From a bacterium (lineage in GTDB: Bacteria > ARS69), in contig OZ244210.1 in assembly GCA_965216835.1 (NCBI GenBank), positions 237,907 to 301,906 on the forward strand: 64,000 nt of DNA, given 5' to 3'. A model generated the notes under the pieces. That model ran no database searches, was not told where the DNA came from, and worked only from the letters and a program-made list of their open reading frames with translations. Below, in pieces: positions 34,273-43,997 of this stretch. Position 1 is the first letter of the stretch; the number at the start of each line of letters is the position of its first letter. The translations under genes were made by a program, and so were the position numbers.

Positions 34273-36804
34273 CTACCGCTCGGGCGGGTCCGGCGGATCG
34301 GGAAGTTCCTCCGCCCGGACGTCGGAGTCCGGATCGCTCTCGTCGCCCATCTCGATCTGGACGGCGCCCGGCAGCTGCCCCGCCACGTCCTTGAGCAACC
34401 GCTCCAGCTTGCCCTCGTCCAGCGACTGCGTCTCCTCGTCCCAGACGTCCCAGCGATCGAACGGGTTCTCGCCGTTCCCGGCCGCGGCCTCCTGCTCGCC
34501 GTGGTGGATCTCGCGGCGCAGGATCCGCTCGCCCCGTCCCTCGCCGAGCGTCTCGTTCATCGCCTGGATGGCGGCGGTCACCTCCTCCTCGTTCCCGTCG
34601 GCCGCGGCGGCCCGCGCCCAGTACCGGTACGCCGTCTGGTCCTCCGGATGCTCCCGGACGTAGGTCTTCGCGTGGCGGACGATGGCGGCGAAGTCGTCGT
34701 CGTCGAAGAGCAGCTCGAACACGTGCTCGTACGCCAGCGTGAATCCGGGATCCAGCGCGATGGCCTCTTCGAACGCGGGAAGCGACGCCGGGCGCGTGTT
34801 TCGACCCGCGTGGTACAGCGCCTCGCCGAGGCCGTACCAGCTCTCCTTCTCGTCGGAGTACTCCTGCGTCAGCCGCTCGTAGCGGGTGATCGCCTCCTCC
34901 CAGTCGTTGCTGAACAGCGAGAGCGCGGCCGCGGCCATTGCCGTGTCCTTCGGCGTGGCGCGCACGTCGCCGTCCAGGATGAGGCGCAGCGGATCCACCG
35001 TTTCGTCGTCCACGCCCGATCCCACCGAGCCCTGATCCCACCAGCGCGCCCAGGAGAGCTTGTACCAGGCCTGCCCGAACCCGGGATCCGCTTCGACCGC
35101 CTGCTCCAGCACCGCGGCCGCCGCGCCGTGCTCGCCGTTGTCCAGCGCCTCCACGCCGGCCAGGTAGAGCCGCTGCGCCTCCAGCGAGGACGACGTCCGG
35201 TCGCGAACGTCGTCGTCCGTGGCGCCGCCGAGGGCCAGTCGCGGTTCCTCGCGCAGGCGGTCCGTCAGCTCGTCGACCATGGCGTAGAGGTCGTCGCCGT
35301 CCACGCGCTGCGACCCGACGACCGTCCCGCTCTCCGCATCGACGAGCTGCGCCGTCACGATCCACTGCTCGCCGAGCCGGCTGAGCGTGCCGTCCATCAG
35401 CGTTTGCGCTCCGGCCTCCCGCGCGATGCGGTTCGCGGTCTCTCGGTCCCACGTGACGGGCTCGCCGCCGGAGAGCTGTTCCGCCAGGTCCTGCATCCGC
35501 TGGCTCGAGAAGATGCGCAGGCGTTCGCTGCCGGACAGATCGGTAATGATCAGTTCCTGCAGGATCTGCCCGAGGCGCTCGGAGTCCACCTCGTCCGCGA
35601 GGTTGCGGAACGGCATGACCGCCAGCGTGTGGTCGGCGATGCGGGGCGCGGCCGGACGCGGCGCACGCTCGGCCGATGTCGGACGATCCGGTGCGCGATC
35701 CGCCCGCCGCTTCCGGTCGCGGTCCTCCAGCGGGCTGAAGTCCGGCCACGAGGACACGATCGCGAAGAAGAGGATGGCCACGCCCAGGATCCAGGCGCGC
35801 TTCACGCCGCGACGCTTCGCCGGACCGGGCGGCGGAGGCGGAGGGACCGGCCCCGTGGACGCGGACGGCGGCGGCGCCGGGAGATCGCCGCTGTCCACGC
35901 GCAGCAGTTCCGGCGACGAACCGGACGCGGGCGCCAGGCTGCCGCTCTCCGACTGCCGGAGCAGCATCCGCAGCTCCACCGACATCTCCTTGGAGTCGGG
36001 GTAGCGGTCGGCCGGGTCCTTCTCCAGGCATCGCTGGATCACACGGGCCAGCTCCGCCGGGATGCTGGGGTTGTGCTGGTACGCGGGCGGCGGATCGTCG
36101 CGCAGGATGTGCGTCAGCGTGTCCGTCGGTGTCTCGCCGGCGAACGGCGAGAGCCCGGTGGACATCTCGTAGAGGATGACCCCGAAGGAGAAGATGTCGG
36201 TGCGCGCGTCCACCGGTCGGCCGCGCGCCTGCTCCGGCGACATGTAGGCGACGGTCCCCAGGATCCGCCCGTCGCGCGTGACGCCGGCCATCGTGGCGGC
36301 CGTGGTGACGTTGCCGTCCTGCATCGGCCCGTCGTCCAGCAGCTTTGCCAGGCCGAAGTCCAGCAGCTTGGCGCGCCCCTCCGCGTCCACCATCACGTTC
36401 TCGGGCTTGAGGTCGCGGTGGATCACGCCCGCGGCGTGCGCGGCGGTCAGTCCCTCCGCGATCTGCGAGGCCAGCGACAGTACGCGTCCGGCCGGCATCG
36501 GCCGACCGGCGATGGTCTCCCGGAGCGTCCGGCCCTTGATGAGCTCCATCGCCAGGAAGATCTCGCCCTCGTGCTCGCCGATCTCGTAGATCGTGGCCAG
36601 GTTCGGATGCGTGACCTTCGCGGCGGTGCGGGCCTCGCGCAGGAAGCGGGCGCGCCGGTCCTCGCTCTCCAGGGATTCCGGGCGCATGAGCTTGATCGCC
36701 ACGGAGCGCTCCAGCTCCAGGTCGGTCGCCTCCCAGACCATGCCCATGCCCCCCTCGCCGAGGGGCTGGTCCAGGCGGAAATGAGAGACGATGCGCTCGT
36801 TCAT
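34273..36804 (-). CDS. Membrane Ser/Thr protein kinase with extracytoplasmic and TPR region
   Basis: 'LGEGGMGMVWEA', 'AIKLM', 'HRDLKPENVMV', 'DFGLAK' and 'GTVAYMSPEQ' are Hanks-type kinase motifs. One transmembrane segment is 'AWILGVAILFFAIVSSW'. The C-terminus has TPR-like repeats. The start is MNERIV at 36804. Confidence 0.9.
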   Translation of the reverse strand: MNERIVSHFRLDQPLGEGGMGMVWEATDLELERSVAIKLMRPESLESEDRRARFLREARTAAKVTHPNLATIYEIGEHEGEIFLAMELIKGRTLRETIAGRPMPAGRVLSLASQIAEGLTAAHAAGVIHRDLKPENVMVDAEGRAKLLDFGLAKLLDDGPMQDGNVTTAATMAGVTRDGRILGTVAYMSPEQARGRPVDARTDIFSFGVILYEMSTGLSPFAGETPTDTLTHILRDDPPPAYQHNPSIPAELARVIQRCLEKDPADRYPDSKEMSVELRMLLRQSESGSLAPASGSSPELLRVDSGDLPAPPPSASTGPVPPPPPPGPAKRRGVKRAWILGVAILFFAIVSSWPDFSPLEDRDRKRRADRAPDRPTSAERAPRPAAPRIADHTLAVMPFRNLADEVDSERLGQILQELIITDLSGSERLRIFSSQRMQDLAEQLSGGEPVTWDRETANRIAREAGAQTLMDGTLSRLGEQWIVTAQLVDAESGTVVGSQRVDGDDLYAMVDELTDRLREEPRLALGGATDDDVRDRTSSSLEAQRLYLAGVEALDNGEHGAAAAVLEQAVEADPGFGQAWYKLSWARWWDQGSVGSGVDDETVDPLRLILDGDVRATPKDTAMAAAALSLFSNDWEEAITRYERLTQEYSDEKESWYGLGEALYHAGRNTRPASLPAFEEAIALDPGFTLAYEHVFELLFDDDDFAAIVRHAKTYVREHPEDQTAYRYWARAAAADGNEEEVTAAIQAMNETLGEGRGERILRREIHHGEQEAAAGNGENPFDRWDVWDEETQSLDEGKLERLLKDVAGQLPGAVQIEMGDESDPDSDVRAEELPDPPDPPER

Positions 36805-36977
36805 GGGGCTCCTCGGGACGGCGAGGGGGCTGTGCGGCCCGCCGATTGTCCGGGGGCCACCCGGACGTGTCAATCGACGGCTCATGGGGAGAGACGGAAT
36901 CCGGCCGGGGAACGTTGCATCGCCGGGGTTTCCGCCGGATTGCCCGCGTCGCGGCCGGGGGTTAGACTCGGTCCATC

Positions 36978-38624
36978 TTGTTGACGGAGCGGAAGTTCGT
37001 GAGCCTTGGGCGTCGTCCGGGTGTGCAGCTGACGATTCTCGTGCTCGCGGGAGCCGCGCTCCGCGCGATCGGTCTCGGCGACGATCCGCTCTGGCTGGAC
37101 GAGGCCAACGGCGTCCTCATCGCCGGCCGATCGCTGCCCGGCATCGTCGAGGCGCTCTCCCGGGACGGCAATCCTCCCCTCCACTACTTCCTGCTCCACG
37201 GCTGGACGACGATCTTCGGCTCGTCCGAGGCGGCCGTCCGCGGCCTCTCCGCGCTGCTCGGCCTCGCGCTGATCCCGGCCGTGTTCGGCCTGATGCGGTC
37301 GATGTTCCCGACGCGCTCCGGCGCCGCGATCGCGGCGGCGGCCGTGGTGACGGTGTCGCCGCTCCACGTCTACTACTCGCAGGAAGCGCGGATGTACTCG
37401 CTCACGCCGCTGCTCGGCGCGGGAGCGCTGTGGACGCTGCACCGCGCGCTGGAGACCGGCCGCCGGTCGATGCTGGCCGCCCACGCGATCCTCCTCGCCG
37501 CCGGGCTGTACACGCACAACCACTTCCTGTTCGTCCTGCCGCTGGCCCCCGCCGCCGCGGTCCTCGCGCCTGGCCCGCGCGGACGCGTCCGCGGCGCCGC
37601 GGAGGCAAGCGGGGCCGTCGCGCTGGCGGTGCTGCTCTGGGCGCCCTGGGTTCCCGTGCTGCAAGAGCAGGCCGCCTCCGGCGTCGGGGCGTGGATCCCC
37701 GGCATCTGGGAGCGAACGCCGCCGATGTTGGCGCTCGCGAAGTCGTTCGAAGCGATGGGCGTCGGCGGCCTCTTCCCGGGCTACCTGCGCGAGCTCGGAC
37801 TGGTGACGCGGGAGGTGCTGCCGCCGGCGGGCTGGACGATCGTCCGCTGGATCGGGGCCGGCCTCGCCACGTTCCTCGTCGGGCTGGCGCTGGCGCCGCG
37901 GCCGCGCGCGGCCGACGCGGCGCCTCCGGCGGCAGAGCGCGTCGCCACGCTCCGTCTTCTTCTCCTCCTGGTGCTTCCTCTTCTCCTGCCGTGGCTGGCG
38001 TCGCTGCTGGTGCGGCCGGTCTACCTCGTCGGCCGATACGAGATGGTCGGGTTCGTCGCGTTCGCGGGACTCGTCGGACTGGGCGGGGAGGCGTCGGGCG
38101 CGCGCTTCGGCCGGGCGATGCGTTTCGGGGCGGCCGGGGTCTGGGTCGTGCTGGCGGCCGTCGTGCTGGCGGCGTACTTCCAGGTGCAGGCCCGCGCGTT
38201 CCCGCACGAGCTGCGCATCGCCCAGTGGCTGCGCGGCAACGCATCGGCGGGCGACGTCGTCGTGTTCCCCGGACTGTCGCGCGCAGTGGGGGAGTACTAC
38301 CTTTCGCGCTGGGAGCATCCCGCGGATCGCCGATCGTTCCCGGCGGAGGTGGGTAAGCACCACGGCTGGTTCGACGCGGGCGAGGCGCTGCGCGATCCCG
38401 CCGCCCTCGACGCGGAGGCGACGGACACGGCGGCCGCCCTGCGCGACGTCGTGCGGGCGGGACACCGCGCCTTCCTCGTCGATCGTCCGGCGGGGGGTGC
38501 GGCGGGCGAGGTGCAGCTTCGCCTGAAGCGTCGGCTGACCGCGGAGCTGGGAGCGCCGCGGCCTGGCTGGCGACCGCACCCGTCGCGGGAACCGTCGCTG
38601 GTGTACTGGGAGGCCGCGCCATGA
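36978..38624 (+). CDS. GT-C membrane glycosyltransferase, family 39/83-like (ArnT/PMT_2 type)
   Basis: '[12 protein letters not shown]...[13 protein letters not shown]...[16 protein letters not shown]' is the typical PMT_2 N-terminus. Multiple hydrophobic helices are present. The start is the TTG at 36978. Confidence 0.7.
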   Translation: MLTERKFVSLGRRPGVQLTILVLAGAALRAIGLGDDPLWLDEANGVLIAGRSLPGIVEALSRDGNPPLHYFLLHGWTTIFGSSEAAVRGLSALLGLALIPAVFGLMRSMFPTRSGAAIAAAAVVTVSPLHVYYSQEARMYSLTPLLGAGALWTLHRALETGRRSMLAAHAILLAAGLYTHNHFLFVLPLAPAAAVLAPGPRGRVRGAAEASGAVALAVLLWAPWVPVLQEQAASGVGAWIPGIWERTPPMLALAKSFEAMGVGGLFPGYLRELGLVTREVLPPAGWTIVRWIGAGLATFLVGLALAPRPRAADAAPPAAERVATLRLLLLLVLPLLLPWLASLLVRPVYLVGRYEMVGFVAFAGLVGLGGEASGARFGRAMRFGAAGVWVVLAAVVLAAYFQVQARAFPHELRIAQWLRGNASAGDVVVFPGLSRAVGEYYLSRWEHPADRRSFPAEVGKHHGWFDAGEALRDPAALDAEATDTAAALRDVVRAGHRAFLVDRPAGGAAGEVQLRLKRRLTAELGAPRPGWRPHPSREPSLVYWEAAP

Positions 38625-40216
38625 CGGACGATCGTTCCCGCCGCGCGGCGCTGCTGGGAGCGGCCGTCGTCCTCGCGGTCCTGCTCGTAGCGATGTTCAC
38701 AAGCCTCGGCCCGCTCCCCATCGACGACGCGTGGATCACGTTCCGCTACGCCGCGAACTTCGCGGCCGGGCACGGCCTCGTCTTCAATCCGGGCGAGCCG
38801 GTGCAGGGTTTCACCACGCCGCTCTTCGCGCTGCTGCTCGGTCTGGCGGGCGCCGCCGGCCTCGACGTTCCGACCGCGGCCACCGGGCTCGGCGGGATCG
38901 GTGCGTTCCTCACCGCCCTGGCGATGGTCCTTGGCCGCCGTGATCCTGTCGCCGTCGCGGCGGGAACCCTCATCGCGGCGGCGTTGCTGCTGACGCCGGA
39001 GTTCCTGCTGAACTCGCTCTCCGGGATGGAGACATCGCTGTTCTGCGGGTGGCTGGCGCTGTCGTTCGTCGCGCTGCGGGACGCGCGCTGGAACCTGCTC
39101 GGTGCACTGCTGGGGCTGCTGGTCCTCACGCGGCCGGACGGCGCGTTCTGGACGATGCCGGTCGGCCTGTGGCTGCTGGCGCGCGAGCGCCGCGAGTTGC
39201 CGCGGGTGGTCGGGCTGGCCGCGCTGCCGGTGGCGGCCTGGGTCGCCTTCGCGTGGATCCGCTACGGCGATCCGGTGCCGCATTCGGTGCACGCGAAGCG
39301 GCTGATCCACGCCGGCGGCTTCGGCGACATCCTGCGCAAGTACCTGGACTACCTGGCCGCGGATCCGGTCGTGCCGGCGCTGGCGTTCCTCGCGGCGATC
39401 GCGTTCATCATCGGCGGCATGGGCTCCGAGCGCCACGCGTCGGCTCCGGCCGCGGCCGATGCGGCACGACGCTTCCGCGAGTCGATGGGGGCGGCGGTGC
39501 GGCGATCGGGGCTCGTCCTGCCCGCCTTCGGGATCGTGCTTTTCCTGATCGGGCTGGGACTCAGCGGCGTGCTCCCGTTCGAGATGCCCCGCTACTTCCT
39601 CTGGTACGCGGTCCCGATCCTGCCCGCGCTGGCGTTCCTCGCCGTGGACGGCACCGCGGTGGCCGCGCGCTTCGCCGGCCGGGCGACGGTGCCGGTCCGC
39701 CTGGCGGTGGCCGCCGTCCCGCTGGTGCTGGCGATCGTTTCGCACGGGCAGATGCGCCGTGACGATCTGCCCGCGATCCGCCGACACTTCGAGCAGCGGG
39801 AGGACGTGTACGCGGTGACCGCCGCGGAGATCGACCGGCGCGCGGGCGGCCGGAGCGTCGACGTACTGGTCGGCGAGGTGGGCGTGCTGGGCTACCGCCT
39901 CCTGGAGCATCGCGTGCACGACAGCTCCGGGATCAACTCGCCGGCGATCCTGCGACTCCGCGAGGCCGACCGGGACGCGCTGCTCGCGCGCGGAGAGACG
40001 CGCTCGCTCTGGCTGCGGGAGGGAACGCCGCGCTGGGTCCTTCGCTTCCTCGAGCGGGAACGACCGGACTACGTCACGGCGTTCCGCGGCTATCTCCACC
40101 TGCAGGCGCTGGAGAAGGATCCGGGCTTCCGCGCGAGCTACGAGTCCGTCGCCGAGGAGACGGTGGGACGCGGCGAGGGGCTCACGCGCAACACGCTGTG
40201 GGAGCGTCGCCCGTGA
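38621..40216 (+). CDS. GT-C-like polytopic membrane glycosyltransferase (arabinofuranosyl/mannosyl-transferase-like)
   Basis: The ATG overlaps the upstream stop (ATGA at 38621-38624). '[36 protein letters not shown]' is a signature I recall from uncharacterised GT-C membrane proteins. About 10 helices are present. Confidence 0.55.
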   Translation: MTDDRSRRAALLGAAVVLAVLLVAMFTSLGPLPIDDAWITFRYAANFAAGHGLVFNPGEPVQGFTTPLFALLLGLAGAAGLDVPTAATGLGGIGAFLTALAMVLGRRDPVAVAAGTLIAAALLLTPEFLLNSLSGMETSLFCGWLALSFVALRDARWNLLGALLGLLVLTRPDGAFWTMPVGLWLLARERRELPRVVGLAALPVAAWVAFAWIRYGDPVPHSVHAKRLIHAGGFGDILRKYLDYLAADPVVPALAFLAAIAFIIGGMGSERHASAPAAADAARRFRESMGAAVRRSGLVLPAFGIVLFLIGLGLSGVLPFEMPRYFLWYAVPILPALAFLAVDGTAVAARFAGRATVPVRLAVAAVPLVLAIVSHGQMRRDDLPAIRRHFEQREDVYAVTAAEIDRRAGGRSVDVLVGEVGVLGYRLLEHRVHDSSGINSPAILRLREADRDALLARGETRSLWLREGTPRWVLRFLERERPDYVTAFRGYLHLQALEKDPGFRASYESVAEETVGRGEGLTRNTLWERRP

Positions 40217-41367
40217 AGCGGCTCCTGGCCGCGACGGGCACCGTCGTCTTCGGGATCGTCGCGGCGCTCATCGTGTTCGAGATCGCGGCGCGCTTCCTCC
40301 ACGATCCGCCGCCCGACGGCTCCAGCGCGTTTCGTTATCACCCCGAGCGTGTGTACGAGCCGCTCCCTGGCGGGGAGGGAACGTTCGTCGTCCAGCGCGG
40401 GCCGGATCGGCCGCCGCTGGAGATGGAGTACCGGTTCTCGTCCCAGGGCCTGCGCGACCGCGAGTTCGGCCCGAAGCGGGAGGGCGAGCGCCGCATCCTG
40501 CTGCTCGGCGATTCTTTCGCCATGGGCTGGGGGCTGGAGGAGGAGGAGACCATCTCGCGCCGGCTGGAGGCGATGCTCCGTGAGAGCGGCCGCGACGTGA
40601 CCGTGATCAACGCGGGCGTCACCGGCTACGGACCCTGGCAGGAACTCGGCCTGCTGGAGGACGTCGGCTTCCGGCTGGAGCCTGACCTCGTCCTGCTCCA
40701 GCTGTTCCCCGGCAACGACGTGGACAACACGCTGGCGCGCGTGGGCAAGCACCTGCCCGCCTACGATCGCGGCTGGAAGTTGCACCTGCACGAGTTCCGG
40801 CATCGCTCGTCGCGGCGGGTGCAGTTCGAGCGCCGCCTCCGTCGCGCATCGGCCGGGTATGGCTTCCTCTGCACGCGCCTGGATCGGCCGGGACTGCTCC
40901 TCGACGTGCTGGGCGCGCTTCCCTTTCTGCCGGACAGCCCGATCCCGCCGCTGCCGCCGAGCGTTCCGCGGCCCTGGTGGCTGGAGACCAGCCGCATCGT
41001 GCCGGACCCCGTGCAGGAGGAGGGCTGGCGTCTCCTGGCCGAGGACGTCGGCCGGGTCCGTGACGCGTGTGCGCGGCGGAACGTCGAGTTCGCGGCGTTC
41101 ACGGTCGTGGGGAGCCACGTCGTCTTCGGGAGACACTGGAAGAGCTTGATGGAGCGCCTGCCCGCGTCGGAATACGAGCGCGGGCGGGAGCTGCGCCGCA
41201 TGAACGCCATCCTGGACGACGCCGGCGTCCCCCGCATCGACCTGGTGGAGGCACTCCATCGTGGGGATCTCGGGGAGATCTACTGGTTCTACGACGGACA
41301 TCTCAAGCCGTTCGGCGCCCGTCGTGTGGCCGAGGCGATCCGGGAGTGGGACAAGGCGCCCCGCTGA
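40213..41367 (+). CDS. SGNH/GDSL-family hydrolase (candidate glycan O-acetyl esterase/transferase), N-terminal membrane anchor
   Basis: The GTG at 40213 overlaps the upstream stop (GTGA). Block I is '[13 protein letters not shown]', block II 'NAGVTGYG', block III 'FPGNDVDN' and block V 'YDGHLKPFG'. Confidence 0.75.
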   Translation: MKRLLAATGTVVFGIVAALIVFEIAARFLHDPPPDGSSAFRYHPERVYEPLPGGEGTFVVQRGPDRPPLEMEYRFSSQGLRDREFGPKREGERRILLLGDSFAMGWGLEEEETISRRLEAMLRESGRDVTVINAGVTGYGPWQELGLLEDVGFRLEPDLVLLQLFPGNDVDNTLARVGKHLPAYDRGWKLHLHEFRHRSSRRVQFERRLRRASAGYGFLCTRLDRPGLLLDVLGALPFLPDSPIPPLPPSVPRPWWLETSRIVPDPVQEEGWRLLAEDVGRVRDACARRNVEFAAFTVVGSHVVFGRHWKSLMERLPASEYERGRELRRMNAILDDAGVPRIDLVEALHRGDLGEIYWFYDGHLKPFGARRVAEAIREWDKAPR

Positions 41368-41455
41368 CGTTCTCCGCCGTCCGTTTGACCGCCATCGAAA
41401 CGGAGTTACATTCAGGGTACGCCGCCACTCTCCCCCAACGGAACGGAGGCCCCCC

Positions 41456-42724
41456 GTGCCGAACCGCGTCGCCTACGCCGCGCTGCCGGAGACCCGCGTC
41501 TACAAGTCCGCCACGTCCAACCGGACCGTGAACAAGATCCTGATGGGAACGTGGGTCGGCATCCGGGACCAGAAGGGAAGCCGCGTGAAGGTCACCACCG
41601 CCGGACCGGACGGCTGGATGGAAACGGCCGATCTGCGCCAGGACTGCGGCCTGAAGATCTTCTTCGTCGACGTGGGTCAGGGCGACGGGATGCTGGTGGA
41701 GACGCCGGACCGTCGGATCCTCATCGACGGCGGTCCCAACCAGAGCCTGCGCCGGTACCTTCGCGGCTGGCAGTACTCCTACGTCCTGAAGGCGCGCCAG
41801 CGTGTCCGCATCGACACGGTGCTGGTGTCGCACTTCGATCAGGATCACTACGGCGGACTCGTCCCGCTGCTGAACGACAAGGACTTCGAGTTCGGGACGC
41901 TCTACCACAACGGCATCGCCCGCTTCCACGCCACCAAGAGCAAGCGCCCCGCCGGGATGAACCAGGATCTCGGGCGCGTCTCGAACGGCGTCCTGCGCAC
42001 GTCGTTCGACAACCTGCAGACCGCGAAGGACCTGCTGCAGCAGGGCGGCCTCCAGCTCTCGTTCCGGCGCTTCCTGGAGGCGGTGGTGAAGGCGAACCGC
42101 GAGGGGCGCCTGGACGGGATCCAGCGCCTCACCCGTCGCGACAAGACGGTTCCCGGCTACCGGAAGGATCCGGGGCTCGTCATCGAGGTGGTGGGGCCGG
42201 TGCCGCGCAAGCCTCGCGGCACCATCGACTGGCCGTGGTTCACGGACTCCTCGCACACGCGCAACGGCCACAGCCTGGTGCTGCGGCTGCGCTACGGCGG
42301 CGCCAACGGCAAGACGTTCCTCCTGGGCGGCGACCTGAACACGGAGTCGGAGGAGTACCTGCTGAAGCACTACGGAAGGAAGAACCCGTTCCGCGTCGAC
42401 GTGGCCAAGAGCTGCCACCACGGTTCCGCCGACTTCACGGTGAACTTCATGGACAAGATCTCCCCGTACGCCACGGTCATCTCTTCCGGCGACAACGAGA
42501 GCCACGCTCACCCGCGCGCGGAGGCCGTCGGCTGTGCCGGGAAGTACAGCCGCGGCGAGCGGCCGCTCGTGTTCTCCACCGAGCTGGCCCGATCCATCAA
42601 CAGCGGCGGCGAGATCCTCTACGGGATGATCAACTGCCGCACCGACGGCAAGGACGTGGTCCTGGCCCAGATGAAGGAGCGGCGGACGGGCAGCGACGTC
42701 TGGGACTCTTACGTCCTTCCGTAG
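41456..42724 (+). CDS. SH3-like + metallo-beta-lactamase-fold protein (ComEC C-terminal-domain-like), stand-alone
   Basis: The GTG at 41456 follows a GGAGG. The N-terminus 'VYKSATSNRTVNKILMGTWVGIRDQKGSRVKVTTAGPDGWMETADL' looks like bacterial SH3. 'KIFFVDVGQGDGMLVETPDRRILIDGG', 'VLVSHFDQDHYGGL', 'SCHHGSADF' and 'ISSGDNESHAHP' are MBL/ComEC-type motifs. Confidence 0.7.
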   Translation: MPNRVAYAALPETRVYKSATSNRTVNKILMGTWVGIRDQKGSRVKVTTAGPDGWMETADLRQDCGLKIFFVDVGQGDGMLVETPDRRILIDGGPNQSLRRYLRGWQYSYVLKARQRVRIDTVLVSHFDQDHYGGLVPLLNDKDFEFGTLYHNGIARFHATKSKRPAGMNQDLGRVSNGVLRTSFDNLQTAKDLLQQGGLQLSFRRFLEAVVKANREGRLDGIQRLTRRDKTVPGYRKDPGLVIEVVGPVPRKPRGTIDWPWFTDSSHTRNGHSLVLRLRYGGANGKTFLLGGDLNTESEEYLLKHYGRKNPFRVDVAKSCHHGSADFTVNFMDKISPYATVISSGDNESHAHPRAEAVGCAGKYSRGERPLVFSTELARSINSGGEILYGMINCRTDGKDVVLAQMKERRTGSDVWDSYVLP

Positions 42725-42774
42725 GGCCCGGAGCCGCTAAACCGAAGGGCCCGGGCGGCCGATTCCAGGGGAGA

Positions 42775-42798
42775 GCGGGTCCCGGACGCGGGACCCGC
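42775..42798 (+). other. GC-rich hairpin (9-bp stem, 6-nt loop) between the MBL gene and the GT4 gene; no U-tract
   Basis: GCGGGTCCC-GGACGC-GGGACCCGC is a perfect inverted repeat read directly from the sequence. It is followed by CTCCACG, so it is not a canonical intrinsic terminator. Confidence 0.3.
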
Positions 42799-42824
42799 CT
42801 CCACGTCGAACCGGAATCCGCCCC

Positions 42825-43997
42825 GTGTCCGCACCCCACCGCATCGTCTTCCTGCACACCGCCCAGGGCGATCGCCTGACCGGCGCGCCGCGGATGGTGT
42901 ACCAGCTGGTCTCCCGGCTGGATCGCTCGCGCTTCCTGCCCACCTACGTCACGCCCGGCCCCACGGAGCTCAGCGGGCGCCTGGAGGCGGAGGGCGTGGA
43001 CGTGCGCACCGTGACGCTGCCGGACGGCCTCGACGTCTACGGCCAGGCGCTGACGAAGCCGGGACCGCTGCGGGCGCTTTCGGCGGTGCGCGGACTCCTG
43101 GAGTACAACCGTCGCCTGACGCGGCTCTTCCGGGACGTCCGACCGGAGCTGGTGTGGGTCAGCAACCTCCGCACGTTCCTCTCCGTGTTTCCCGCCGCCG
43201 GACGATGCGGCGTGCCGCTGGTCTGGAACATCTGGCTCGGCCAGCCGTCGCGCGGTCTCGTCCGCTTCATGAACGAGTTCGCGCTGCGTCGCGCGCGGCG
43301 CGTGGTGACGGAGTACCGCGCGCAGGCGGACGAGGTCTTCACCGCCGATCAGCGCGAGCGAATGGCCGGCAAGCTCCGGACCGTCTACACGGGGCATCCC
43401 GTGCCGGATCGTCCCGCGCGATCCCCGCGCCCCGCCCCGGAGGCGCCGATGCGCGTCGGCGTGCTGGCGGCGTTCTCGCCGCGCAAGAACCAGCGCCTGT
43501 TCCTGGAGGCCGCGAAGCTCGTTCGCGAGACGTCGCCCCACGTGCAGTTCCTGCTCGGAGGCGAGGCCGCCACCGAGGCGGATCGCGGCTACGAGGAGGA
43601 GATCCGCGCCTTCGCGGCGCGCGAGAACCTCAACGTGGAGTGGTGCGGCTGGGTCGATCCGCCCGAGACGTTCCTGGATCGCCTGGACGTGTACGTGCAG
43701 TCGTCCGAGCACGAGGGACTGCCGGGCGCCGTCCGCGAGGCGATGCTGAACGGCCTGCCGGTCGTCGCCACGAAGGTCGGCGGCACCGCCGAGATCGTGG
43801 AGGAGGGGGAGACCGGATTCCTGGTCGAGAAGGGCGATGCCCGCGCGCTGGCCGACGCCATCCTTCGACTGGACGTGGATCCGGAGCGGGCGCTGCGGAT
43901 GGGGTCGGCGGGCCGCCGCCGCGCCGAGGAGCTGTTCTCCCGCGAGGCGTTCCTGAGCCACTATCAGGACGTCCTGGACGAAGCGCTCTCCGCCTAG
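42825..43997 (+). CDS. Glycosyltransferase family 4 (GT-B)
   Basis: 'EHEGLPGAVREAMLNGLPVVATKVGGTAEIVEEGETGFLV' is the E-x7-E region of GT4. The start is the GTG at 42825. Confidence 0.85.
   Translation: MSAPHRIVFLHTAQGDRLTGAPRMVYQLVSRLDRSRFLPTYVTPGPTELSGRLEAEGVDVRTVTLPDGLDVYGQALTKPGPLRALSAVRGLLEYNRRLTRLFRDVRPELVWVSNLRTFLSVFPAAGRCGVPLVWNIWLGQPSRGLVRFMNEFALRRARRVVTEYRAQADEVFTADQRERMAGKLRTVYTGHPVPDRPARSPRPAPEAPMRVGVLAAFSPRKNQRLFLEAAKLVRETSPHVQFLLGGEAATEADRGYEEEIRAFAARENLNVEWCGWVDPPETFLDRLDVYVQSSEHEGLPGAVREAMLNGLPVVATKVGGTAEIVEEGETGFLVEKGDARALADAILRLDVDPERALRMGSAGRRRAEELFSREAFLSHYQDVLDEALSA

Noticed and set aside
33998-36984. A 677-aa ORF (33998..36031 -) and an 827-aa ORF (34501..36984 +) overlapping the kinase gene.
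   Set aside because: These are shadow ORFs. The 34273..36804 frame has complete Hanks kinase motifs, and the others are low-complexity.
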